Positions 21,829 through 31,656 of a stretch of 64,000 nucleotides of DNA are shown here, one piece after another; the stretch's first letter is position 1, and each line of letters starts with the position of its first letter. The notes beneath the pieces are model-generated. The model was not told the origin of the DNA. It did no database searches and worked only from the letters and a program-made list of their open reading frames with translations. The DNA lies in NCBI GenBank assembly GCA_043800255.1, contig JAZDNF010000008.1:64001-128000 (forward strand), given 5' to 3'. The position numbers were made by a program, and so were the translations under genes. This stretch comes from Candidatus Altiarchaeota archaeon. GTDB lineage: Archaea; Altiarchaeota; Altiarchaeia; IMC4; SCGC-AAA252-I15.

Positions 21829-23913
21829 GTGACGACCTCCATTTTCGACGCTAAGTCCATTGCAGTCGTAGGCGCATCAAAGGATAAGAGGAAGGTAGGC
21901 CATGCGGTCATCTACAACCTGAAGAGCACATTCAATGGCAGACTCTACCCAGTAAACCCAAAGGAGGACAGGATACTCGGGCTGAAATGCCATCCTACCG
22001 TTAAGTCCATCGGGAAAAAGGTCGACATGGCCGTCATCGCAGTCCCCGCGAAGATTGTGCCCAGCATACTGGAGGACTGCGGGAAATCGAAAATAAAGAA
22101 TGCAGTCATCATATCAGCGGGCTTCAAGGAGGCTGGGAAGGACGGCGGCAAGCTCGAAATCCAGTGCCTCAAGATAGCGAAAAAACATGGCATAAGGATT
22201 CTGGGGCCGAACTGCCTCGGCGTAATAGACACGGAGTCGGGTTTGAACGCGACCTTCGCAAGCCAGAAGGCCCTCAGAGGGAATATAGCGTTCATGTCGC
22301 AGTCAGGCGCCCTCTGCACCGCCATACTCGACTGGGCTGAGAAGGAGAGGATAGGGTTCTCCAAGTTCGTGTCACTGGGCAACAAGGCAGACCTGTCCGA
22401 GAACGACTTCCTGCAGGCCTTCCTCGAAGACAAGAACACGAAGGTGATTCTCACATACCTGGAGGGCTTCGCTAAAGGGGAGGAGTTCATAAGGCTGGCC
22501 AGGCACGTGTCAAAGTCGAAGCCGATAGTACTGCTAAAGGCAGGCCGCACTGCAGCCGGCGCGAGGGCGGTCGCATCCCACACTGGGACCCTCGCAGGCT
22601 CTGACAGTGCATATGACGCTGCCTTCAGGAAGGCCGGCGTGATAAGGGTTGACAACATCGAAGAACTGTTCGACTATGCCATAGCATTCACGACGCAGCC
22701 GATACCGAAGAGCGAGAACGTCGGCATACTAACCAACGCAGGAGGCCCTGGCATAATAGCGACAGACGCGTGCGAGAGGAAAGGCCTGACGCTCTCAACC
22801 TTCAGCCGCTCGACAGTCGCCAAACTGAGCAAGGGGCTGCCGCCGGCAGCGAACATCTACAACCCGGTCGACGTACTGGGTGATGCATTAGAGGACAGGT
22901 ACGAGTACGCGCTTAAGACGATGCTTCAGGACGGAAGCGTCCACTCTATGATAGTCCTGCTCACCCCCCAGCTTATGACAGACTCGAGAAACGTGGCGAA
23001 TGTTATCATAAAGGCTGCGGAAAAAAGCAAGAAGCCGATACTCTGCAGTTTCATCGGAGGCGTCAAAGTGGAGCAAGGCTCCGCACTTTTGAAGAGGGCC
23101 AGCATCCCCAACTACCAATTCCCTGAGAAGGCGGTCAGCAGCCTGAAGTCGCTTGTCACATACAACCAGATAAGGAGGAGGAAGATGTCAAAGCCCCCGA
23201 TGTTCAGATTCAGGGAGGAGCAGATAGGGGACATCATCGGAAGACACGTTAAGGCCGGCAAGGTCAACATCGGCTTAGAGTCGCTGGATATACTTAGACA
23301 CTGCGGGATCAGAACCTGCAGGTCTTTCACTGCGAAAAACGCGGACGAAGCCGTCAGCTTCCAGAAGAAACTCAAGGGACAGGTGGCGATGAAGATCGTG
23401 TCAGATGACATACTGCACAAGACTGACATCGGATGCGTCGCACTCAACGTCAGAGAGCATGATGTGAGGGCAACCTACAACAGGATAGTCTACAACGCCC
23501 TCAGGTACATGCCGCACGCGAGCATCGACGGGGTCCTGGTGCAGGAGATGGTAGGCGACAGCAAGGAGGTCATAGTAGGCGTGAGCAAGGACCCGCAGGT
23601 AGGCCATCTTGTGATGTTCGGTTTGGGCGGGATATACGTTGAAGTCCTGAAAGACGTCTCATTCGGCGTTACCCCCCTGACAGATGATGAGGCGCTCAGC
23701 ATGATAGAGGACGTCAGAGGCTATGGCATACTGAAGGGCGTCAGAGGCGAGGCGCAGTCTGACATCAGCTCCATAAAGGACGTGCTCCTGAGAGTCTCAC
23801 AGCTTTCAAAAAGATTCCCGGAGATTGTCGAACTCGACATTAACCCCTTGAAGGTTTTCGAAACAGGAAAAGGATGCGTCGCAGTTGACGCGCGCATAAT
23901 ACTCAAAAAATGA
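21829..23913 (+). CDS. ADP-forming acetate-CoA ligase, fused alpha-beta
   Basis: AVVGAS, GPNCLG, SQSGA, SHTGTLAG (phospho-His), NAGGPG, HKTDIG and ELDINPL motifs; no GNAT domain. Confidence 0.9.
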   Translation: MTTSIFDAKSIAVVGASKDKRKVGHAVIYNLKSTFNGRLYPVNPKEDRILGLKCHPTVKSIGKKVDMAVIAVPAKIVPSILEDCGKSKIKNAVIISAGFKEAGKDGGKLEIQCLKIAKKHGIRILGPNCLGVIDTESGLNATFASQKALRGNIAFMSQSGALCTAILDWAEKERIGFSKFVSLGNKADLSENDFLQAFLEDKNTKVILTYLEGFAKGEEFIRLARHVSKSKPIVLLKAGRTAAGARAVASHTGTLAGSDSAYDAAFRKAGVIRVDNIEELFDYAIAFTTQPIPKSENVGILTNAGGPGIIATDACERKGLTLSTFSRSTVAKLSKGLPPAANIYNPVDVLGDALEDRYEYALKTMLQDGSVHSMIVLLTPQLMTDSRNVANVIIKAAEKSKKPILCSFIGGVKVEQGSALLKRASIPNYQFPEKAVSSLKSLVTYNQIRRRKMSKPPMFRFREEQIGDIIGRHVKAGKVNIGLESLDILRHCGIRTCRSFTAKNADEAVSFQKKLKGQVAMKIVSDDILHKTDIGCVALNVREHDVRATYNRIVYNALRYMPHASIDGVLVQEMVGDSKEVIVGVSKDPQVGHLVMFGLGGIYVEVLKDVSFGVTPLTDDEALSMIEDVRGYGILKGVRGEAQSDISSIKDVLLRVSQLSKRFPEIVELDINPLKVFETGKGCVAVDARIILKK

Positions 23914-24965
23914 CGACCGCTGTAGTATATCATGAGGGCTGCCTCAAGCACAGGCAGCTGCCAGGACATCCTGAGACACCGGAGAGGCTGAAGTCTACGA
24001 TGGAATACTACGCGAAAAAGGGGGTGCTAGACCATGTGAGACTGCTGAAGCCTGAAAATGCCACTCTGGAGGACATACTTAGAGTCCACGACATAAAACT
24101 AGTAGAGCATATAAGGGAGCTGGCAGAAGGAGGAGGCGGGAGCATAAACTCAGACACATACGTGAGTCCTGAAACCTACGACGCCGCCCTATTGACTGCG
24201 GGAGGCGTTAAGCTCGCTGGAGAGGTTGTCATGACAGGCGAATACGATAATGCGTTTGCGCTGGTGCGCCCCCCAGGACACCATGCTTCAAGGTATGAGG
24301 CAACAGGCTTCTGCTACTTCGACAACGTTTCGGTGATGATAAAGTACCTGCAGCAGAGATACGGCCTGAAGAGGGCGCTAGTTTTCGACTGGGACGCCCA
24401 CAACCCCAACGGCACGATGGACACCTTCTACCATGACCCCACAGTGTTGAACGTCTCGATACACCAGGACCCGCACACACTGTACCCCGGGACAGGGTTC
24501 GTTGAGGACATCGGAGAGGGCAGCGGCAGAGGGTACACCATAAACCTTCCCGTGCCGGCTGGCACAGGAGACGCAGACTATATGCACCTCATAGATGAGG
24601 TCATAACGCCTGCCGCAGAAAGGTTCAGACCCGAACTGATAGTGCTTTCGGCAGGCCAGGACTCACATAGGGATGACCTGCTCTCAGGGCTGTCAGTCAC
24701 AGAGGCAGGCTATGCCGCCATGACCATGAGGTTCATGGAACTGGCTGAAGAGCACTGCAACAGGAGGCTTGTGGTCGAACTCGAGGGAGGATACAATTTG
24801 AACGCCCTCAGAGAGTCGAACTATATGATAATCTCAGCCCTTATGGGAATGAAATTCCTCCCCAATATAACCGGGAAGGTGAGGGAATCAACGAAAGAAC
24901 TGGTAAAAGAATACAATGAGGTGATGATGTCTGCCAGAATATGGGCCGACGCTCCAAGAATATGA
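23910..24965 (+). CDS. Zn-dependent histone deacetylase family protein
   Basis: HPETPERL, RPPGHHA, GFCYF, DWDAH and ELEGGY motifs. Confidence 0.92.
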   Translation: MTTAVVYHEGCLKHRQLPGHPETPERLKSTMEYYAKKGVLDHVRLLKPENATLEDILRVHDIKLVEHIRELAEGGGGSINSDTYVSPETYDAALLTAGGVKLAGEVVMTGEYDNAFALVRPPGHHASRYEATGFCYFDNVSVMIKYLQQRYGLKRALVFDWDAHNPNGTMDTFYHDPTVLNVSIHQDPHTLYPGTGFVEDIGEGSGRGYTINLPVPAGTGDADYMHLIDEVITPAAERFRPELIVLSAGQDSHRDDLLSGLSVTEAGYAAMTMRFMELAEEHCNRRLVVELEGGYNLNALRESNYMIISALMGMKFLPNITGKVRESTKELVKEYNEVMMSARIWADAPRI

Positions 24966-26017
24966 AAGGCATACTGATAAGCTCCACGGAGCCCTACTCC
25001 GGGAAAAGCGCAATCGTCGTCGGGCTGACGCTCGCGTTGAGGAAGAGAGGATACGACGTCGGCTTCATGAAGCCTGTCGGCAACCTGATAACAGACGTTG
25101 ACGGCGTATTGTGCGACGAGGACACGCTTAAGATAATAGACGCCTTGAGGATCAGGGAGCCGCACGAGCACGTGTGCCCCATCCTGCTGACCGACAGCCT
25201 GCTTGTTGACGTTCTGAGCGGGCAGAGCAAGAGGATAAAGGAGAAAATCAGGGAAGCCTACGACAGACTGAAGAAGGGCAGAGACGTGATGCTGGTCGAA
25301 GGCCTTGGAGATTTCGGAGGCGGCGCAATGATGGGCCTATCCGACATCGACATGGCGAAACTCCTCGATCTGAGGATACTGCTGATAGTAAAATACGGCT
25401 CAGTGTACGCGGTCGACAGCCTGCTCAAGGACATCAGTTTCATAAAAGACAGGCGGACGCTTGTCGGAGTAATCCTAAACGACGTCAAGCCGGCGCGCAT
25501 GAACGAAGTCAAAACCAAGGTGAAGCCATTCCTGGAGAGGAGAGGCTTAAGAGTATTGGGCATACTGCCGAGGGACGACATACTGCGCTCGATAAAAGTC
25601 TCCGACATAGTGGAGCAGCTGCACGGGAAGGTCCTCGCAGGCGAGGACTACCTTGACAACCTTGTCAGGAACATAGTCGTCGGAGCCATGGAACCGCACA
25701 ACGCACTGCGCTTCTTTAGGAGAGTAGACGACAAGATTGTGGTGTCAGGCGGCGACAGGTCTGTCGTCCTGACCGCGGCACTGGAGACGTCTACAAAATG
25801 CCTGCTGCTCACCGGAAACCTTAAGCCGACCGCCCAGCTGCTCGCGAGAGCGGAGGAGAGGCACGTGCCTGTGATACTAGTGCCTGACGATACCGCATCG
25901 ACTGTCTACAGGCTGGGGGAGATGCACTCCAGGATAAGAGTCTCAGGCAGCAGGAAAGTGAGCAGGATGAAGTCCATGGTGGAGAAGAACGTAGACCTGA
26001 AGGCGATACTGAGATAG
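24962..26017 (+). CDS. Phosphotransacetylase N-terminal-like protein (BioD-like P-loop plus DRTGG, no Pta catalytic domain)
   Basis: YSGKS, GFMKPVG, VVGAM and SGGDR motifs. Confidence 0.85.
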   Translation: MKGILISSTEPYSGKSAIVVGLTLALRKRGYDVGFMKPVGNLITDVDGVLCDEDTLKIIDALRIREPHEHVCPILLTDSLLVDVLSGQSKRIKEKIREAYDRLKKGRDVMLVEGLGDFGGGAMMGLSDIDMAKLLDLRILLIVKYGSVYAVDSLLKDISFIKDRRTLVGVILNDVKPARMNEVKTKVKPFLERRGLRVLGILPRDDILRSIKVSDIVEQLHGKVLAGEDYLDNLVRNIVVGAMEPHNALRFFRRVDDKIVVSGGDRSVVLTAALETSTKCLLLTGNLKPTAQLLARAEERHVPVILVPDDTASTVYRLGEMHSRIRVSGSRKVSRMKSMVEKNVDLKAILR

Positions 26018-26043
26018 CGGCGCGTAGACAACGGAAACCAAGT

Positions 26044-26454
26044 TCACCTATCGTGAAAGATGCAGGATAATGCGTCAGATACGATTTTCCAGTGGTCGAA
26101 AGCCAGTTCCGGGAGCTTTTCCACGTCGAACATCCTGCACTCGGCAGCGTCATCGCCTCCGGCAGGCTCACCCGACAGCCTCTCGCAGAGGAACACTATG
26201 GAAACGCTGTGGCCTCTCGGGTCTCTGCCAGGGTCAGAGTATACGCCCAATAGCTCTCGAACCTTCACCTTAATGGAAGTTTCCTCATAGACTTCTCTGA
26301 CGACGGCATCCTCGACCCGTTCACCATATTCGACGAATCCGCCAGGAAGAGCCCACATGCCCTTAAACGGCTGGTTCCCCCTCCTGATGAGGAGTATCTT
26401 ATCGTCTTCGACGACCACACCGTCAACCATCAGACTCGGCTTCCTATCGTCCAT
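26044..26454 (-). CDS. NUDIX hydrolase
   Basis: GGFVEYGERVEDAVVREVYEETS Nudix box; RDPRGH and LAFDH. Confidence 0.92.
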   Translation of the reverse strand: MDDRKPSLMVDGVVVEDDKILLIRRGNQPFKGMWALPGGFVEYGERVEDAVVREVYEETSIKVKVRELLGVYSDPGRDPRGHSVSIVFLCERLSGEPAGGDDAAECRMFDVEKLPELAFDHWKIVSDALSCIFHDR

Positions 26455-26503
26455 CCTACAGAAGTTAGAACAATTTTACTAGGTGCTGTTGAGGCGACTT
26501 CGT

Positions 26504-26702
26504 TGCGCTCAGCCCCATCGCAATACTCCTCTTTAGGGTCGTCGAGAGGGCGAAGCCCACGAAGACGGCCCCTTTTCGCCAGCCTCCCAATCGACCTTTG
26601 GTCGATGTTGGAGAGCTTGAAGCTCTCCGACTTTCGGGAAGCGAAGCTTCCCAAAATGGGCGCAAGTTGCCGAAGGCAACTTCGCGTTTGTTAAAAGGCT
26701 GA
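26504..26702 (-). other. Multi-hairpin palindromic element in the tRNA-Val trailer
   Basis: Outer stem CAGCCTTTTAA (26701-26691) / TTGGGAGGCTG (26590-26580) plus a GCGAAAAG foot. It encloses four perfect hairpins, with more hairpins beyond. Confidence 0.75.
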
Positions 26703-26703
26703 G

Positions 26704-26777
26704 TGGGCCCAGCCGGATTCGAACCGGCGATCTTCGCCTCGTAAAGGCGACGTCATAACCAGCTAGACTATGGGCCC
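26704..26777 (-). tRNA. tRNA-Val(TAC), intronless
   Basis: GGGCCCA...TCGCC-TT-TAC-GA-GGCGA...GCCGG-TTCGAAT-CCGGC-TGGGCCC-A. Confidence 0.96.
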
Positions 26778-26826
26778 TGACGTATAGGAGGTATTATTAT
26801 GGGATATGCGGGTTATAAATCTTGCG

Positions 26827-27363
26827 CTAGATTGTTGTTGTGGTTGTTACTATTGTGGTCGTTGGAGGTGGCGGTGGCGGCCCTCCGATGGTTATGCCAG
26901 TGTCCAATGAGGCGCATGTGCTGTAGTCGACGTCTATGCCGACGACTGCTGCGAATTCCACAATAGCTAATACTATGAGAGCCCCGATTATCGCGTTTTT
27001 TATGTACTCTTTGCCTTCGGATCTCTTTTCCGGGTTGTCGGCGTTTACGGTGGTGATTATCACTCCCAGTATTAGCATTATCACAACAAGTGCGGGCGTG
27101 AGGAGTAGGAGTATGCAGAGTAGTCGGCCGACTGCGACAAAAGAGCGCGGCAGACAGGCTGTGCTCCCCCCCGCAAAGCATTGTTTGTTGCCTTGGATGT
27201 CGGCGAAACCGCAGACCTCTCCGGACGCGCATAGATTTGGACCGCACCTGCAGGAGTAACTGCTCGGTGAGGCGCAGTTGTCAGCGCATCTAATCTCTTG
27301 CGCCCCAGCATATCCTATCGCACTTGAGAGGATCAGGATGAGGATTAGAAAGTTTTTTGTCAT
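26827..27363 (-). CDS. Pilin-like (TrbC/VirB2-like topology) protein with a Cys-rich N-terminus
   Basis: Signal peptide, about 7 Cys, two TM helices joined by PEKRSEGKEYIKNAIIG, and a Pro/Thr tail. Confidence 0.6.
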   Translation of the reverse strand: MTKNFLILILILSSAIGYAGAQEIRCADNCASPSSYSCRCGPNLCASGEVCGFADIQGNKQCFAGGSTACLPRSFVAVGRLLCILLLLTPALVVIMLILGVIITTVNADNPEKRSEGKEYIKNAIIGALIVLAIVEFAAVVGIDVDYSTCASLDTGITIGGPPPPPPTTTIVTTTTTI

Positions 27364-27365
27364 AT

Positions 27366-28292
27366 TTATTCGAATTCTATCGTAGCCGGGGGCTTGTTTG
27401 TCAGGTCGTATAGTACTCTTGTCACTTTGGGAAGCTCTCTTGGTATTCTGTCAGCTATTTTTCGCAGGATTTTCCAGTCAACTTCTTGCGCGTTCGCTGT
27501 CATAGCATCCAGTGAGTCGACGATCCTGACGCATATCATGTGCCCATAGTCTCTTGAGTCTCCTTTGACGCCTGTCACCTTCCCTTCCAGGAGGACTGCG
27601 AAAGCCTGCCAGGATTTCAGGCGGGCTTTGTCAACCTCATCTTTCACTATCGCATCAGCCTCTCGTACTAGGTCTACCTTCTCAGGAGTTATCTCTCCTA
27701 CGACGCGGACCGCCAGGCCAGGCCCTGGGAAGGGCATTCTCTCGCTTATCTCCTCGGGCAGGCCCAGCTTGCGGGCGACTATCCTAACTTCGTCCTTGTA
27801 CAGCTCCCTGAGGGGTTCGACGATTTTCAGCTTCATCCCATGGGGGAGCGTCACATTGTGGTGGGATTTTATCTTCCCGCCGGTTTCAATCCAATCCGGG
27901 GCTATGGTGCCCTGCACCAGGCATTTGGCTTTCTCCTTCTTCGCGTGCCGTTCGAAGACTTCTATGAACTTGTGTCCTATGATCTTCCGCTTCTCCTCCG
28001 GGTCGGAGACGCCGTTCAATTCTTTCATGAACTCCTTGCCCGCGTCCACAAGCCGGAAGTTCAGGTGGAACTTCCCCTCAAACGTCTTTTTTATCTCATC
28101 AGCCTCGCCCTTCCGCATGAACCCGGTGTCAACGAAAATAGAGACTAAATTGGCTCCGACGGCCTTGTGAGTCAGCACCGCGGCCACAGAGGAGTCCACT
28201 CCCCCGGAAAGGCCGATAATCGCCTTACCACCGCCGATATCCGCCCGGATTTTCTTCACAGCATCATCGATAAAGGCCTTCGCATCGAACAT
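27366..28292 (-). CDS. guaAB: GMP synthase subunit B (ATP pyrophosphatase)
   Basis: SGGVDSS, IKSHHNV, PFPGPGL and KPPATIEFE motifs; no GATase domain. Confidence 0.93.
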   Translation of the reverse strand: MFDAKAFIDDAVKKIRADIGGGKAIIGLSGGVDSSVAAVLTHKAVGANLVSIFVDTGFMRKGEADEIKKTFEGKFHLNFRLVDAGKEFMKELNGVSDPEEKRKIIGHKFIEVFERHAKKEKAKCLVQGTIAPDWIETGGKIKSHHNVTLPHGMKLKIVEPLRELYKDEVRIVARKLGLPEEISERMPFPGPGLAVRVVGEITPEKVDLVREADAIVKDEVDKARLKSWQAFAVLLEGKVTGVKGDSRDYGHMICVRIVDSLDAMTANAQEVDWKILRKIADRIPRELPKVTRVLYDLTNKPPATIEFE

Positions 28293-28336
28293 GTTATCTT
28301 ATGACAGTATGGATTTTAAAGCAGAGCCTGTTGAGA

Positions 28337-30133
28337 CTATTTCGGCAGTATCACTGTTACGGTTGTGCCCGCCCCCTCCTCGCTTTCTATCTTCAGCTCG
28401 CCGCTGTGGGCTTTTACGATACTGCTGACGCTCCAGAGCCCTAACCCAGTGCCGTCTTGGACGCCATGCTGCCCTCTGAAAAATTCTTCTGTCACCTTAG
28501 CCCTATCTGATTCCGGTATCCCGATACCGTTATCTTTGACGTAGATTTCAACGTATTTTTTGCCGTCGCGTTCGACTTCACGCACGCCTGCCGTTACTCT
28601 GCCCTTCTCGCCTTCCGGAAACTTTTTGGCTGCCGTGAATTTTATCGCATTATTGACCATGTTATCAACAGCCTGCATTAGCTTGGACCTGTCTGCGGGA
28701 ACGTCTATCCTGCTTTTTTCGAGTTGCTGGTCAAATTCCAACTGCACACCCCTAACGGCTGCAAGTTGTCTGTGGCCGGAGACGCTGATGCCTACCACCT
28801 CACCCACGTTCACCGACTTTTTTAGGATATCAATCCTCCCCTTTTCTCTAAACCAAGCGTTCAGCTTATAGGCTTCAACTGCATCTTTCATAGTAGTTGC
28901 CCGCGCTAGGATGTCAGTTATCACGTCAATAGCCTCATCGTTGCCAGCAAACATTTCTGCAAGATCCTCTGCGCTTGATATTATTATATTAGTATCGTTT
29001 CCAATATTGTGGATTGCCCCGGCTGCCATCTTTTTGACTGTCTCATGCGTGCGGGCGTTTATTATTGCCGATGCTGTCACGTTCGTGAGTGCTCGGAGTC
29101 TGTCGATGTTGGCGTGTTTCGCCTTTTCGGGGTCCTTGTAGTAGACTCGCATCGCGACAATGTCCTCGCCCTTCAGTTCTATCGGTATGTTGTAGATTAC
29201 GCCGTCCTCCATATCAATGTCGCGCATAAGCTCTGGGTCGACTCTGCTTTCCTTCCCTTTTGCAACCTCATCCTTGACGTTTATCACCTCAACGTCCTTT
29301 TTTTCCAGCAATTCGCGGATTAGAGGCCTGGTTTCGCCTTTTTTTCTCACCTCTGCGATGTAACGGTCCAGACTCTCCTGTTCTTTCCCGCTGAAGCCTT
29401 TCATGTAGATGTCAATATCGTGCAGGGTGTGTACGTTCCTCAATCTTATGTCAACCTTGTCCGCTCCGGATACTTTCAGTGCGGCTTCCATGATGTCCTC
29501 TATCGTATCGTCCAGTTTTAATCTGTTGGCGTGCGCTGTTACCGCGTACAGTAGGTTATCATGGTAGTCTTTGACTTGGGCGCCCCTTATCATGGCACCC
29601 CCAAGCTTGCTTAGGAGGTTCAGCCCGAACAGCTGCTCTCCGGTTATCTCCTTCTTGTCCTCATTGTCCGCCCATATGACTCCGACCAGTTTTTGTTTGT
29701 CATCGAATAGTGGAACGGTGGCGAACTCCTGGAATTCTATGTAACCCCTGGATAATCTTGGATCGCGTCTAGCGTCCTTAAAGTGGTGGGCTTCTGTGTT
29801 CCCCGCCAGCGCCTCGCGGGCCGTATGCGCCATCGCATCACCCTCAGCGTCCAATGGCATGGTGGCTTTCCCAGGGGGAGAGGACAGTCTCTTACCCTTC
29901 AGTTCGAATCTGCTTTCCAGGGTTTTCTCCTCCGGATTGAAAAAGTACAGTCCTGCGCGTTTCAAACCTAAGTCATCCACCACATGTTTCAGGATATCCT
30001 TTGATGCCGTGCTTAACGCAGATGCGCTTGTATACTCTTTGAACGCGTTTTCAACATCCCACACGCCTGGAAGCCCCTTCTGCTGCGTTGGGGATGTATT
30101 ATCCTGAGGAGTTTTGAAAGCCTCATGCACCAT
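28337..30133 (-). CDS. Cytoplasmic GAF-domain sensor histidine kinase
   Basis: Two GAF-like regions; NMVNNAIKFT, VKDNGIGI and GTGLGL HATPase boxes. Confidence 0.85.
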   Translation of the reverse strand: MVHEAFKTPQDNTSPTQQKGLPGVWDVENAFKEYTSASALSTASKDILKHVVDDLGLKRAGLYFFNPEEKTLESRFELKGKRLSSPPGKATMPLDAEGDAMAHTAREALAGNTEAHHFKDARRDPRLSRGYIEFQEFATVPLFDDKQKLVGVIWADNEDKKEITGEQLFGLNLLSKLGGAMIRGAQVKDYHDNLLYAVTAHANRLKLDDTIEDIMEAALKVSGADKVDIRLRNVHTLHDIDIYMKGFSGKEQESLDRYIAEVRKKGETRPLIRELLEKKDVEVINVKDEVAKGKESRVDPELMRDIDMEDGVIYNIPIELKGEDIVAMRVYYKDPEKAKHANIDRLRALTNVTASAIINARTHETVKKMAAGAIHNIGNDTNIIISSAEDLAEMFAGNDEAIDVITDILARATTMKDAVEAYKLNAWFREKGRIDILKKSVNVGEVVGISVSGHRQLAAVRGVQLEFDQQLEKSRIDVPADRSKLMQAVDNMVNNAIKFTAAKKFPEGEKGRVTAGVREVERDGKKYVEIYVKDNGIGIPESDRAKVTEEFFRGQHGVQDGTGLGLWSVSSIVKAHSGELKIESEEGAGTTVTVILPK

Positions 30134-30215
30134 GAGTTACTATAGGACGGCGGAAACTAAAAGGTGTTCAGATGCCAACAGACGGGTTTTATTGTCCAAA
30201 TCCCCAAGGTAATAC

Positions 30216-31046
30216 ATGAGCACTCCGATAAGGTTAAATAGCAATCGTGCCTTCATTGTCGGAGGGTACAGCCACGTTAATCCCGCTGAATTCTCAGACC
30301 ATATAAACTTTTTCGATTCTGTGTCGATGCTCTTGCAGTACCGTTACAGGATGAACCCATCCTACGCCCTCAGGGATAATGAGGCTAACCTTCTTAATCT
30401 TCCAACGTGGGATGAGCAGCGCCGGGCAACCTACCAGGGAGACATCAGTTACGTAACACACTCCGGGCTGATAGTGGCCGAGCTGACGCACCCTTCAACA
30501 GGGACCGGGCAGGAGCTGCAGTCTGCGGCAGACAACGGCATCCCAGTAATCGCCCTGATGAGAGGCGAAGAGGGCAAGCGCGTTGACATAACGTATGCCG
30601 TGCGAAACAACGACCATGGAGCTGAAGAAGGCTTCAAGCTTACGCGCGGCGTCGGCGGGATATCGAAGATGGCGGATGGCAATCCTGCAATAATTGCCAG
30701 ACTACCTTATGGGACCTACTCTGAGGCGCTGAGGAAACTGGACAAGGTGCTGCAGGAGAAGTTCGGCCTCGTGCCAGAATCTAAGAAATACCTTGAAGCC
30801 GCGAGCATCGAAGAAAAGTCTGGGAACGTTGAAAAGGCTTCGGAACTCAAGAGGAAGGCGCGATTGATAGACAATCTTCTGGAGTTCAAGCCAGAGGAGA
30901 ACAGACCTAAGAAATACGAAAAAGAGTTCCCGCACAATGAGCGGCTTCCGTTGGAAGACGTCGAGTGGGAGCTTAAGAAGAATCCATCTCACAAGAGGGA
31001 GCCACAGTCCGGGGAAGTGACAAAGCACGTTAGAAAGACGACATAA
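30216..31046 (+). CDS. Nucleoside 2-deoxyribosyltransferase/RCL-like protein
   Basis: YQGDISYV...IVAELTHPSTGTGQEL...GIPVIAL pattern. Confidence 0.65.
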   Translation: MSTPIRLNSNRAFIVGGYSHVNPAEFSDHINFFDSVSMLLQYRYRMNPSYALRDNEANLLNLPTWDEQRRATYQGDISYVTHSGLIVAELTHPSTGTGQELQSAADNGIPVIALMRGEEGKRVDITYAVRNNDHGAEEGFKLTRGVGGISKMADGNPAIIARLPYGTYSEALRKLDKVLQEKFGLVPESKKYLEAASIEEKSGNVEKASELKRKARLIDNLLEFKPEENRPKKYEKEFPHNERLPLEDVEWELKKNPSHKREPQSGEVTKHVRKTT

Positions 31047-31051
31047 GCATA

Positions 31052-31645
31052 ATGTTAGATTATAGCACCATCGTCAAGGGCATTGTGCTGTTATCTTGGG
31101 GTATTGTCATTCTTGTCTCAGTCGCCAACCCCCTGACGTTGATGTTCAGGAGATTCTTGCGCAGGATATTCTCAAAGTTGGGCGAAATCCCGTACCTTAT
31201 CCTGTTAGCTCTGATGTTACTGTCAACACTGCTGCTTGCCTATTCGCTGAGGGAGAGAATCCTCTCCCATCGCCTGAGTCTGCCGCCTGCAGCAGACTAT
31301 GCCGGCGTTCTCATCCTGCTGTCCGGATTTTTCCTGGATTTCTGGGCCACCTCGAGTTTAGGGTGGAAGGCAGTGCTGAATATTCCAACAGCGGTAGGCT
31401 CTGAGGGCATGAGGAGACTGACAAGAGAAGGCGCCTACGCGTTCTCGAGGAACCCCCTCTACGTCGGAGACGCCCTAATCGTGGCAGGCCTTCTGCTGCT
31501 GACAGGTTATGCGAGCCTCATTCTCCTGTTAGTAATCTACTTGGCTCATGTGCTCGTCCAAGTCAGGCTTGAGGAGCATGAGCTGACAGAGACTTTCGGA
31601 AAAGAATATTATGGGTATATGAGGACAGTGCCCAGATTCTTGTGA
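31052..31645 (+). CDS. ICMT/PEMT-family membrane methyltransferase
   Basis: GAYAFSRNPLY and EEHEL...FGKEY...VPRF motifs. Confidence 0.85.
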   Translation: MLDYSTIVKGIVLLSWGIVILVSVANPLTLMFRRFLRRIFSKLGEIPYLILLALMLLSTLLLAYSLRERILSHRLSLPPAADYAGVLILLSGFFLDFWATSSLGWKAVLNIPTAVGSEGMRRLTREGAYAFSRNPLYVGDALIVAGLLLLTGYASLILLLVIYLAHVLVQVRLEEHELTETFGKEYYGYMRTVPRFL

Positions 31646-31656
31646 AAACAGCTAAA

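Noticed and set aside
21829-23913. Pat/YfiQ protein lysine acetyltransferase
   Set aside because: No GNAT domain and the catalytic His is retained, so ADP-forming ligase is the better call.
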